Positions 55,990 through 64,000 of a stretch of 64,000 bases of DNA are shown piece by piece. The position numbers and the translations under genes were made by a program. The stretch spans positions 8,028 through 72,027 of the forward strand of contig VXLJ01000001.1 in NCBI GenBank assembly GCA_009841635.1. The letters run 5' to 3'. Position 1 is the stretch's first letter, and the number at the start of each line of letters is the position of its first letter. The notes below the pieces were generated by a model, which searched no databases, was not told the origin of the DNA, and worked only from the letters and a program-made list of their open reading frames with translations. This DNA is from Gammaproteobacteria bacterium. GTDB lineage: Bacteria > Pseudomonadota > Gammaproteobacteria > Pseudomonadales > Azotimanducaceae.

Positions 55990-57072
55990 ATGAACGGTTC
56001 GTGGACGAAATCGCTTGCATGGCTCGTCACTCTTTCGACAAGCTACCTGTTCGCGCAAGAATCCGTTACTGTCGTTAGCTTTGGCGGATCCTACGCGAAA
56101 GCATGCATTGAGGGCTATCACAAGGCGTTCGAAGCAGAGACCGGCATCAAAATCAATCTTGAAGACTACAACGGTGAGCTAGCCCAGCTACGCGCACAAG
56201 TTGAAGCCGGTGCTGTCACCTGGGATGTGGTAGACGCAGAAGGCCCGCAGCTAGTACTCGCTTGTGACGAAGGCTTGCTCGAACCCATCGACATGTTGAA
56301 CCTACCACCCAGTCCCGATGGCGTACCTGCCGAAGACGATTATCCGCCTGGAACGCTCACAGAATGTGGCGTCGGCGGGCTTTATTACGCTACTATCGTG
56401 GCGTATCACCCAGAGGTTTTCCCTGCCAGCGAACCTTCTAAAATCGAGGATTTTTTCGATATCGATTCATTTCCTGGCCGGCGAGCTGTGCACCGTAATC
56501 CACAGGCTGTGCTCGAAATTGCGCTTATGGGAGATGGCGTTGATCCCAGCGATGTGTATGACGCATTGCGATCAGAAGCAGGCGTGCAACGCGCATTTGC
56601 TTCCCTTGCACGAATCAAAGATCAGATCGTTTGGTGGGAGGCTGGCGCTCAACCTCCGCAAATGCTCGCTGACCGTGAGGTGAGCATGGCGATCGCATGG
56701 AATGGGCGCATCTTCAATGCGCAGATGCTTGAGGATCAACCATTCAAAATCATGTGGGATGGCCGCGTAGTCGATACGGGATCTCTGGTCATCGTCGCCG
56801 ATGCTCCAAATCTCGCAAATGCTCGCAAATTCGTTGAATTCGCTTCGCGCGCGGAGTCGCAAGCTGGCGTTGCTTCACACATTGCTTACGCGCCAGTTCG
56901 TTATTCTGGTTTCAATCTGGTAGGCAACCACGCCGTAACAGGTAAACCCATGAAACCGCATTTACCTACGAATCCGGATCATGGCGGTCGTTCCTTGACA
57001 TTCGATGTCGAATTTTGGGTGGACAACCGAGATGAATTGGTTGAAAGATTCACTTCTTGGTTGAGCCGCTAA
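55990..57072 (+). CDS. ABC transporter periplasmic substrate-binding protein (PotD/PotF-like)
   Basis: 360 aa with a signal peptide. GGAG lies 9 nt upstream of the ATG. Family-1 SBP pattern. Confidence 0.75.
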   Translation: MNGSWTKSLAWLVTLSTSYLFAQESVTVVSFGGSYAKACIEGYHKAFEAETGIKINLEDYNGELAQLRAQVEAGAVTWDVVDAEGPQLVLACDEGLLEPIDMLNLPPSPDGVPAEDDYPPGTLTECGVGGLYYATIVAYHPEVFPASEPSKIEDFFDIDSFPGRRAVHRNPQAVLEIALMGDGVDPSDVYDALRSEAGVQRAFASLARIKDQIVWWEAGAQPPQMLADREVSMAIAWNGRIFNAQMLEDQPFKIMWDGRVVDTGSLVIVADAPNLANARKFVEFASRAESQAGVASHIAYAPVRYSGFNLVGNHAVTGKPMKPHLPTNPDHGGRSLTFDVEFWVDNRDELVERFTSWLSR

Positions 57073-57089
57073 GACTCAAAAACTCAACG

Positions 57090-58268
57090 ATGGTCCGACT
57101 GAATGCGAGCTGGCTCGCGTTGCCTCTTATTGGCTTCGTAGTTGTCACGCTGGTCGTACCCATTTTCTCACTCGCAAAACTGAGCGTATACGACGCAACG
57201 GTGGCCGACGCGCTGCCAAAGACCACGGCAGCATTGCGCTCATGGACAGGGCCGGAACTACCTGACGCGAACACCTATGCCGTGGTTGCTGCTGAGTTGA
57301 TCGAACTTCAGGAGAACCGCGAACTCGGGCGTGTGGCGTCTCGGGTCAATCGAATTGCAAGCGGCATGCGGTCCACCATTTCTAAGACGCCACGCCGCTT
57401 CAGACGAAGTGAAGAAGAACGTGCAGATCTTGCTCTTATAGCCATTGACGAGAAGTGGGGAAAGCCGCAAATTTGGTATGCGTTCAAACAAGCGACACAA
57501 GCATTTTCGAGTCGAAATTTCCTACAAGCTATTGATATGCGTATTGCCCCTGATGGGTCAATCGAAAGAGCACCAGAATATCAGCGAGTCTATGTGTCGC
57601 TATTTCTGCGGACCTTGCTCGTAGCAGTTGCGGTCACTTTGTTGTGTCTCATCATCGGTTATCCGATGGCTTATGCCATGGCAAATAGCTCACCGCTGTG
57701 GACGCGGTTCCTATTGGTATTAGTTCTCATACCGTTCTGGACCTCATTACTGGTTCGAACCACATCCTGGATCGTGTTGCTTCAACAGCAAGGTGTGATT
57801 AACGACATCCTTGTGTTTGTTGGCTTGATTCCAGACGACGAGCGTCTCACCTTGGTCCACAATATGACCGGCACGCTGATAGCGATGACACAAGTGTTAT
57901 TGCCGTTCATGATCCTGCCACTCTATTCAGTCATGGCGACCATACCCAGAAATCTATCGCTTGCAGCGAGTTCGCTGGGTGCTAATCCATTCCAGTCATT
58001 CATACGAGTCTACCTCCCGAACTCTCTACCCGGCGTCGCTGCTGGCGGCTTGCTCGTTTTCATTCTGTCGATCGGCTACTACATTACGCCGGCTTTGGTC
58101 GGTGGTTCGCAAGGGCAACTGATATCGAACCTGATCGCATACCACCTTCAATCATCCTTGAATTGGGGACTTGCGGCAGCGCTGTCAGTTCTATTACTGC
58201 TCGGAGTCTTTGTACTTTATGTCATTTATGACCGATTAATCGGGATTGATCGGATGAAACTAGGTTGA
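57090..58268 (+). CDS. ABC transporter permease (PotB-like) with a long N-terminal periplasmic insert
   Basis: First TM segment, then a soluble segment of about 150 aa, then a six-TM BPD-transport domain. ATG at 57090 is preferred over the TTG at 57057, which overlaps the SBP gene. Confidence 0.75.
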   Translation: MVRLNASWLALPLIGFVVVTLVVPIFSLAKLSVYDATVADALPKTTAALRSWTGPELPDANTYAVVAAELIELQENRELGRVASRVNRIASGMRSTISKTPRRFRRSEEERADLALIAIDEKWGKPQIWYAFKQATQAFSSRNFLQAIDMRIAPDGSIERAPEYQRVYVSLFLRTLLVAVAVTLLCLIIGYPMAYAMANSSPLWTRFLLVLVLIPFWTSLLVRTTSWIVLLQQQGVINDILVFVGLIPDDERLTLVHNMTGTLIAMTQVLLPFMILPLYSVMATIPRNLSLAASSLGANPFQSFIRVYLPNSLPGVAAGGLLVFILSIGYYITPALVGGSQGQLISNLIAYHLQSSLNWGLAAALSVLLLLGVFVLYVIYDRLIGIDRMKLG

Positions 58269-59101
58269 ATCCTCGCCCGTGGCGCGCTCTACAAGGCGCG
58301 ATAGGTATTTTCACAGCATGCGGATTTCTATTCCTTATAGGCCCCTTGTTCGTGATTGTGCCGCTAAGTTTCAACGCAGAGCCCTACTTCACGTTTCGCA
58401 TGGAAATGCTGGTGTTAGAGCCAGATGCGTTCTCAATGCGTTGGTATCAAACGCTACTTGAAGATGAAGAATGGCATCGCGCTCTGTTCAACAGTTTCTT
58501 CATCGGCATTTGCGCCACGATCATTGCAACGACACTAGGGACCTTAGCCGCTGTCGCGCTGAATCAGCCACGTTTTCCTGGTCGCCGCACGGTTATGGCA
58601 CTGCTCATCTCGCCAATGGTGACGCCCATCGTTATTGTTGGCGTAAGTGTGTTCTTTTTCTACTCCACGCCTTGGATTGGTCTATCGCAAACCTACCTAG
58701 GGCTCATACTCTCGCACGCCATGCTCGGCGCACCCTTCGTGGTCATTACTGTGACTGCAACCCTGGCAGGTTTCAATCAAACGCTCATGCACGCCGCTGC
58801 TAGTCTAGGGGCAAATGCCTGGACGCGCTTCCGACGAATCCAGCTGCCGCTTATATCCCCTGGGGTCATTACCGGCGCATTGTTTGCATTCGCAACATCA
58901 TTTGATGAGGTCGTGGTGGTGCTTTTCATGGGCGGACTCGAGCAACGCACGTTACCGCGCCAAATGTGGAGTGGTATCCGCGAAGAGATCAATCCAACCA
59001 TCCTAGCCGTTGCGACGCTGCTCATCATCTTCGCAGTCTTGGTGCTGTTCACGGTCGAATGGTTGCGGAGTCGTACCGCACGGCAGCTGCAACCTAACTA
59101 G
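58265..59101 (+). CDS. ABC transporter permease (PotC-like)
   Basis: 278 aa BPD-transport domain. 4 nt overlap with the preceding permease gene. Confidence 0.85.
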   Translation: MNPRPWRALQGAIGIFTACGFLFLIGPLFVIVPLSFNAEPYFTFRMEMLVLEPDAFSMRWYQTLLEDEEWHRALFNSFFIGICATIIATTLGTLAAVALNQPRFPGRRTVMALLISPMVTPIVIVGVSVFFFYSTPWIGLSQTYLGLILSHAMLGAPFVVITVTATLAGFNQTLMHAAASLGANAWTRFRRIQLPLISPGVITGALFAFATSFDEVVVVLFMGGLEQRTLPRQMWSGIREEINPTILAVATLLIIFAVLVLFTVEWLRSRTARQLQPN

Positions 59102-59192
59102 AGGACCGAACTAGCTAGTTGCCTCATTGCAAAGCCTGATTCGAAGCATAGAATCGAAATGATTCTGAGCTTTTAATCGAGGTAGCTCGAGC

Positions 59193-59558
59193 ATGAAAAT
59201 TCTTGGTTATGCGCTAGTCGCACTTGCGGTCGTGGTGGCTGCGGTCCAGCTGTCTGACGGTTTTTACCTTGACTATGCGGATACGGTCTGGGTTCCCTTA
59301 GACATTCTTATGTGCGTCGGTCTTCTGATCTGCGTGGTTATTACCGTCATGGCATACATCGAGAACCGAACACCAGCTGGCGTTTCCGCCAACGCGCTGC
59401 TTGCGATATTCGCCTTTGTCACGTTTACTGAGACCTGGATTAACCACGAATTAGGTACAGCCACACCTGGTTTGCAGTGGCTATGGGTCGACGCCTTGGT
59501 CGTTATTGCCCTGCTTCGGGTTGGTAGCGGATTACTCGCAGCTAGCGACTCGACATAG
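59193..59558 (+). CDS. hypothetical four-TM membrane protein
   Basis: 121 aa, strongly hydrophobic. No family recognised. Confidence 0.5.
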   Translation: MKILGYALVALAVVVAAVQLSDGFYLDYADTVWVPLDILMCVGLLICVVITVMAYIENRTPAGVSANALLAIFAFVTFTETWINHELGTATPGLQWLWVDALVVIALLRVGSGLLAASDST

Positions 59559-59591
59559 TTCGTGCACTAGATGCAACTGAGCTGGCGCTAG

Positions 59592-59615
59592 CCAAGGCTA
59601 CCGCTTGTAGCTTGG
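59592..59615 (+). terminator. terminator-like hairpin after the small membrane protein gene
   Basis: CCAAGGCTAC / GTAGCTTGG forms 9 bp with one bulged G and a 5 nt loop. It is followed by CATAATTTCG, a weak T tract. Confidence 0.35.
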
Positions 59616-59678
59616 CATAATTTCGCGCCCCTCAGGTCCGGCAACGGACACTGTACTGTCCGTGACTACGAGGTGTCC

Positions 59679-60623
59679 ATGACCGACATCCAAAAACTAG
59701 CCGAGTCGGTCGATTCGCTCAAAGACAGTTTCGAAGAGCATCGCTACATCTGCAGCAATCAGATTGCGACGGCAGTGTATCTCGCTTACCACCTTCGAAA
59801 ACCAGTGCTTATCGAGGGCCCACCTGGCGTCGGCAAGACTGAGCTAGCCAAGACCACAGCTGAGATGTTTGCCCTGCCGCTCATTCGCCTACAGTGCTAC
59901 GAAGGGTTGGACGAAGCGAAAGCCATTTACGAATGGAAATACGGCAAGCAATTGCTCTATACACAGGTCCTTAAGGAAACGCTCGACGAAGTCTTACAAG
60001 GTGCGACAGGGTTTCGCGAATCTGTCAATCGTCTTCATGAATTTGGCGATATCTTCTTTTCCGAAGAGTTCATGGAACCACGACCGCTTTTGAAAGCGTT
60101 GCAAGAAGAAGATGGATGTGTTCTGCTCATCGACGAAGTCGACAAATCCGACCATGAATTCGAATCGCTGCTACTAGAAATACTCTCTGACTACCAGGTG
60201 TCTATTCCAGAAATAGGCACGGTCAAAGCAAGGGCAGAGCCTCCCATGGTGTTTCTAACTAGCAACAACACGCGTGAAATTTCTGATGCGCTCAAACGCC
60301 GGTGCTTGCATCTGTACATTCCGTTTCCCGACGTTGATCTCGAACAGAAGATCATTCACGCGAGGGTGCCAGAGATTCCTCCTCAACTTCGCAATCAGCT
60401 GGTTACGTTCATTCAAGAGCTGCGCGATATGGACTTGAAAAAAGTACCCGCCATTAGCGAAACCATCGATTGGGCGCGGACTCTGCTACTCTTACATACC
60501 GAGTCGCTAGACCCCGAGCTAGTTCGCGAAACATTGAACGTCATTCTTAAGTTTCAAGAAGATATTGACAATATCGATCACGAGATTTCGACGCTCACCC
60601 AAAAGGCTGTTTCAGCAAATTAG
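59679..60623 (+). CDS. MoxR-family AAA+ ATPase (CoxD-like)
   Basis: Walker A GPPGVGKTE, Walker B LLIDEVDK, and an inserted YEWKYGKQ block. The ATG at 59679 has GAGG 6 nt upstream. A GTG at 59673 is an alternative start. Confidence 0.85.
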   Translation: MTDIQKLAESVDSLKDSFEEHRYICSNQIATAVYLAYHLRKPVLIEGPPGVGKTELAKTTAEMFALPLIRLQCYEGLDEAKAIYEWKYGKQLLYTQVLKETLDEVLQGATGFRESVNRLHEFGDIFFSEEFMEPRPLLKALQEEDGCVLLIDEVDKSDHEFESLLLEILSDYQVSIPEIGTVKARAEPPMVFLTSNNTREISDALKRRCLHLYIPFPDVDLEQKIIHARVPEIPPQLRNQLVTFIQELRDMDLKKVPAISETIDWARTLLLLHTESLDPELVRETLNVILKFQEDIDNIDHEISTLTQKAVSAN

Positions 60624-60635
60624 CGCGAACCTGCG

Positions 60636-62129
60636 TTGGACAAAACCCTTACGAGTTTCATCGCCACGCTCCGCAATGCGGATGTGCGTATTTCTCCTGC
60701 TGAGACCCTTGATGCCTTAAATGCGGTTGAATTGACAGGATACCGTGACCGCGAATTTCTAAAAAACACCCTCGCGCTCGTTCTACCTAAAACCGCGGAC
60801 GAGAAGGACACCTACGACACGACTTTCGAACAATTTTTTAAGTTCGCAGAAGTTGCAGGCCAGCACACCACAGTGGTCGCAACGGATGACAGTGGCGAGG
60901 AGGAAGGTGACGGCGAAGGGCAAGGTCAAGGCGATGGGCAAGGTGGTAGCGCAGGCCAAACTAAATCGTCTAACACCAAACGTAAAGGACGGCCTCGCTT
61001 TAACGAAGTCACCAACGAAGAGAAGGAACCTGAAGAAGATCTCGGCACCGGGGAGACTTCTAATCCTGTATCTGCTCTAGGTAAATTGCTTATGCAAGAT
61101 AGCCGTGTAGAACTGAGCGTACGCATGGCTGACGCGGCTAAAGAAATCAATCTTGAGACGATTCAGGTTTTCACCCAAAAAGGGCTGTATACCAGACGCA
61201 TCATGGATGCCATGGGGTTGGCAGATTTGCTCAAGGAAATGTCGTCTCTCAAACAGAGCTTCCACCTACCAGACCGACGCCTTGCGCAGGAATTGAAAAA
61301 GCGTCAGGAGTTTTTGCGCGAGCAAGTGCGAGACTATGTAGAGCAACAATTCCTGCTATATGCCGACGCGACAGGTATGCGCCTGCGCGAGGAACTGTTA
61401 CGCAAGGTCAAACTTTCGAACGTCGAACATCGCAACTTTCGCCTGATTCAGGAAATTGTGTACCGTATGGCCAAAAAGCTTGTGTCCATGCATTCACAGC
61501 GCAAGAAAGTTTTCAAGCGGGGAACTCTCAACGTGCCAAGAACCCTGCGGCACAACATGAGCTACGACGGACATATCTTTGATTTGCACTGGAAATCAGT
61601 CAAGGTCGATAGGCCAAAGGTTTTCGCAATCTGCGATGTGAGCGGATCTGTGGCTAACTATGCACGATTCATGCTCATGTTTCTCTACGCGCTTGAGGAT
61701 GTCATGCCAAAAGTTCGTTCGTTTGCGTTCTCTTCGGACTTGGCCGAGGTCACGGAACTGTTCGAACGCAACAAAATAGAAGATGCTATCGCGAAAACCT
61801 TGCGTGATTACGGTGGCGGTTCAACGGACTACGGGCAAGCTCTGGTCGACTTCAAAAAGAAATGTCTTGACGATGTCGACAATAGAACGACCATAATCAT
61901 CTTAGGAGATGCAAGGAACAATTACGGTGATTGCAAGCAGGACATCCTGCAGGAAATCTACAGTCGCAGTAAACGCGTGATATGGCTAAATCCCGAATCG
62001 CGAAACACATGGAACACCGGTGACGCGGAAATGCGTAAATACACACCTTATGTCCACCAAGCTGAAGAGTGCAATTCTCTCGTGCATCTAGAGCGAACCG
62101 TGAGCAACCTACTCAAATCAATCCAATGA
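60636..62129 (+). CDS. VWA domain protein (CoxE-like)
   Basis: 497 aa with a TTG start. CoxE-like N-terminal helix bundle, an acidic/Gly-rich linker, and a C-terminal VWA domain with the MIDAS motif CDVSGSV. Confidence 0.8.
   Translation: MDKTLTSFIATLRNADVRISPAETLDALNAVELTGYRDREFLKNTLALVLPKTADEKDTYDTTFEQFFKFAEVAGQHTTVVATDDSGEEEGDGEGQGQGDGQGGSAGQTKSSNTKRKGRPRFNEVTNEEKEPEEDLGTGETSNPVSALGKLLMQDSRVELSVRMADAAKEINLETIQVFTQKGLYTRRIMDAMGLADLLKEMSSLKQSFHLPDRRLAQELKKRQEFLREQVRDYVEQQFLLYADATGMRLREELLRKVKLSNVEHRNFRLIQEIVYRMAKKLVSMHSQRKKVFKRGTLNVPRTLRHNMSYDGHIFDLHWKSVKVDRPKVFAICDVSGSVANYARFMLMFLYALEDVMPKVRSFAFSSDLAEVTELFERNKIEDAIAKTLRDYGGGSTDYGQALVDFKKKCLDDVDNRTTIIILGDARNNYGDCKQDILQEIYSRSKRVIWLNPESRNTWNTGDAEMRKYTPYVHQAEECNSLVHLERTVSNLLKSIQ
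60885..60947 (+). repeat. low-complexity Asp/Glu/Gly/Gln coding repeat inside the VWA gene
   Basis: Encodes DDSGEEEGDGEGQGQGDGQGG. At the nucleotide level there are reiterated ggc/ggt-caa-ggt units. Confidence 0.8.
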
Positions 62130-62138
62130 GTCCTTGAA

Positions 62139-63839
62139 ATGGCCGAAGTCTCCAACGAAGCAGTTTCGAATGTCATTCCAGGCTCAGGCAAGCAACTGCT
62201 TCGGTACGGCCTCTATGCCGTGGTCGGATTTCTCGTCATGCTGTTTGCGTTGGGACAGGTCGCCAAATGCACCGGGACGCGCAGTTCGTCCATTGGTGCG
62301 GTCGATGCCGCAACCGGCACGATCACTCTAAATCTGACCCAGGAACCTCCTCAACTAGATTCGACCAAAGCGACTGACCAAGTGTCAGGCATGATTCTCG
62401 GACACGTGATGGAGGGCTTGTTGCGTTACGACGCCAACGACAACTTAGTCGCAGGCGTGGCAGAGACGTGGTCGCTAACCGAAACAGACGCCACATTCAC
62501 ACTGAAACAAGGCTTGCAATGGAGCAACGGCGCGCCAATCACAGCCCATGACTTTGTGTTTTCGTGGCGCAAAGCCGTCGATCCCATGACGGCCTCGCAG
62601 TATGCCTTCATCCTCTACTTTATTGAGAATGCGAGGGAAATTACAAGTGGCGAAAAACCGGTTGAATCGCTGGGTGTTACGGCCGTCGATGATTACACAT
62701 TACAGGTCAGGCTCATCGAACCTACACCGTTCTTTCTTTCTCTAACAGCTTTTCCGACCTATTTCCCAATCAATCAAGCGTTTTACGAATCGACCGAGGG
62801 CAAGTACGGCGCAAATGCAGAGGATTTGGTTTACAACGGTCCATTCACGATCGCGCAATGGGTTCATAACGCGAACGTTCGACTAGAGAAAAACCAATAC
62901 TATTGGAACAAGGACGCTGTCCATCTAAACGTCATCGATTACGCATACATCCTCAGCGATGCTAACGCGATCATCAATTTGTTCGAAAGTGGCGACATCG
63001 CCCAAGCTGGTTTAAATGTAGAACTGGTCGACCGCGCGTTGCGCAATCGCTGGGATATTCGCCAACATGTCGACGGCTCGGTGTTTTTTATCGAGGTCAA
63101 TCACCGTGAAGAACGGCTGACGAGCAACTACAACCTGCGCAAAGCACTGCAATACGTCAATGACCCGTCCGAACTCGTGAACAAAGTCATCAAGCTGCCA
63201 GGCAATCTTCCCGGTGCTTCGATATTCCCAGTTTGGTTGCAAGGAGTCGACGGCAAGTTCCGCGAAGAATTTCCGCCTACACCGCTAGTTACCAACCACG
63301 ACAAGGCACGCGAGCATTACGCCATGGCTCTCGAAGAGCTAGGTCTGGATCAGATAACACTCGTGATGCTGAGCGGCGACAATCCCTCGGCGAACAAACA
63401 AAGCGAGTACTACCAAAACAAATACGCAAAAGTGCTCGGATTAGAACTGAAACTCGATCGCCAGATCTTTAAACAACGTCTGCAGAAAATGACCGATGGT
63501 GATTTCGACTTGGTGCTGGCAGGTTGGGGTCCCGATTACAACGATGCGCTCACGTTTGGCGACTTATTCACGTCTTGGAATGAAAACAATCGTGGTCGCT
63601 TCAATAACCCAGAAGTCGATCGTCAAGTAGATATCGCTAAAAATTCGAGCGATCCGCAAACACGCATGGAAGCGTTCGCCAAAGTTCAGGAATTGTTGAA
63701 TGAAGACGTCGCGATTCTGAACAATTACGAACGTGGCAGCTTGTATGTACTACACCCACAAGTGAAGGGTGTCGCACGACGCAGCGTTGGTCCAGACCCT
63801 GACTTTGCGTTCGCATATATCGAGGACGAAGGAACTTAG
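62139..63839 (+). CDS. peptide/nickel-type ABC transporter family-5 substrate-binding protein (OppA/DppA-like)
   Basis: 566 aa with an N-terminal anchor/signal, and the typical family-5 length and blocks (WSNG.PITAHDF, GWGPDYND). Confidence 0.8.
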   Translation: MAEVSNEAVSNVIPGSGKQLLRYGLYAVVGFLVMLFALGQVAKCTGTRSSSIGAVDAATGTITLNLTQEPPQLDSTKATDQVSGMILGHVMEGLLRYDANDNLVAGVAETWSLTETDATFTLKQGLQWSNGAPITAHDFVFSWRKAVDPMTASQYAFILYFIENAREITSGEKPVESLGVTAVDDYTLQVRLIEPTPFFLSLTAFPTYFPINQAFYESTEGKYGANAEDLVYNGPFTIAQWVHNANVRLEKNQYYWNKDAVHLNVIDYAYILSDANAIINLFESGDIAQAGLNVELVDRALRNRWDIRQHVDGSVFFIEVNHREERLTSNYNLRKALQYVNDPSELVNKVIKLPGNLPGASIFPVWLQGVDGKFREEFPPTPLVTNHDKAREHYAMALEELGLDQITLVMLSGDNPSANKQSEYYQNKYAKVLGLELKLDRQIFKQRLQKMTDGDFDLVLAGWGPDYNDALTFGDLFTSWNENNRGRFNNPEVDRQVDIAKNSSDPQTRMEAFAKVQELLNEDVAILNNYERGSLYVLHPQVKGVARRSVGPDPDFAFAYIEDEGT

Positions 63840-63842
63840 CAG

Positions 63843-64000
63843 GTGGTCTGGTACACGGTAAAACGTCTGATTCAAGGCATCATCACCGTCTGGTTCATCG
63901 CCACAGCGACTTTTTGGGCGATGCATCAGGTGCCAGGCGATCCCTTCATAGGCGAAAAAGCGGTCTCGCCCGAGGTAGAAGCGAACCTGAAAGCTCGCTG
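63843..64000 (+). CDS. ABC transporter permease (OppB/DppB-like), 3' end beyond the window
   Basis: GTG start 3 nt after the SBP stop. Its translation VVWYTVKRLIQGIITVWFIATATFWAMHQVPGDPF matches the permease N-terminal pattern. The frame is open to the window end. Confidence 0.7.
   Translation, partial: MVWYTVKRLIQGIITVWFIATATFWAMHQVPGDPFIGEKAVSPEVEANLKAR

Noticed and set aside
1-64000. CRISPR arrays, IS elements, prophage or known defence systems.
   Set aside because: I saw no regularly spaced direct repeats and no transposase, integrase, recombinase, reverse transcriptase, nuclease-helicase or toxin-antitoxin-like ORFs in the six-frame track.

Overview
This 64 kb window looks like chromosomal DNA from a heterotrophic, probably marine, gammaproteobacterium. 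That origin is inferred from gene content only: many phytanoyl-CoA-dioxygenase paralogs, LLM oxidoreductases, a TonB-dependent glycan locus and several ABC importers. Coding density is high. I call about 55 protein genes, one tRNA-Arg(CCU), one strong intrinsic terminator, one LacI-type operator and a few weaker hairpins. I found no CRISPR array, integrase, transposase, phage genes or recognisable defence system.

Main blocks:
- 1-5310: PhyH oxygenase, a GT2/DUF2064 transferase pair and an M19 dipeptidase.
- 5335-13893, minus strand: a beta-glucan-type utilisation locus (TonB-dependent receptor, LacI regulator, GH3, a clan GH-A hydrolase, GPH symporter).
- 21106-23299: hppD and hmgA.
- 23454-26414: GPP34-family protein and MBL hydrolases.
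- 26415-27381: a 967 bp AT-rich spacer with no ORF of 60 aa or more.
- 27382-32176: acyl-CoA metabolism genes.
- 33309-39179: LLM oxidoreductases, a phosphatase, a VOC protein, adenosine deaminase and fhs.
- 40398-42362: a secreted serine hydrolase with a duplicated N-terminal module.
- 44798-49942: YejABE-like importer genes coupled to a CoA-transferase.
- 54064-59101: a crotonase and a PotABCD-like importer.
- 59193-62129: a MoxR(CoxD)/VWA(CoxE)-like pair.
- 62139-64000: the start of an Opp/Dpp-type importer.

I could not identify a convincing new multi-gene system. The items most worth a second look are the AT-rich ORF-free spacer, the regulatory layout of the glycan locus, an in-frame relic copy of the DUF2064 3' end, the duplicated module on the serine hydrolase, the GPP34/MBL cluster and the orphan CoxD/CoxE pair. 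All family assignments come from reading motifs in the translations. None has been checked by a database search.
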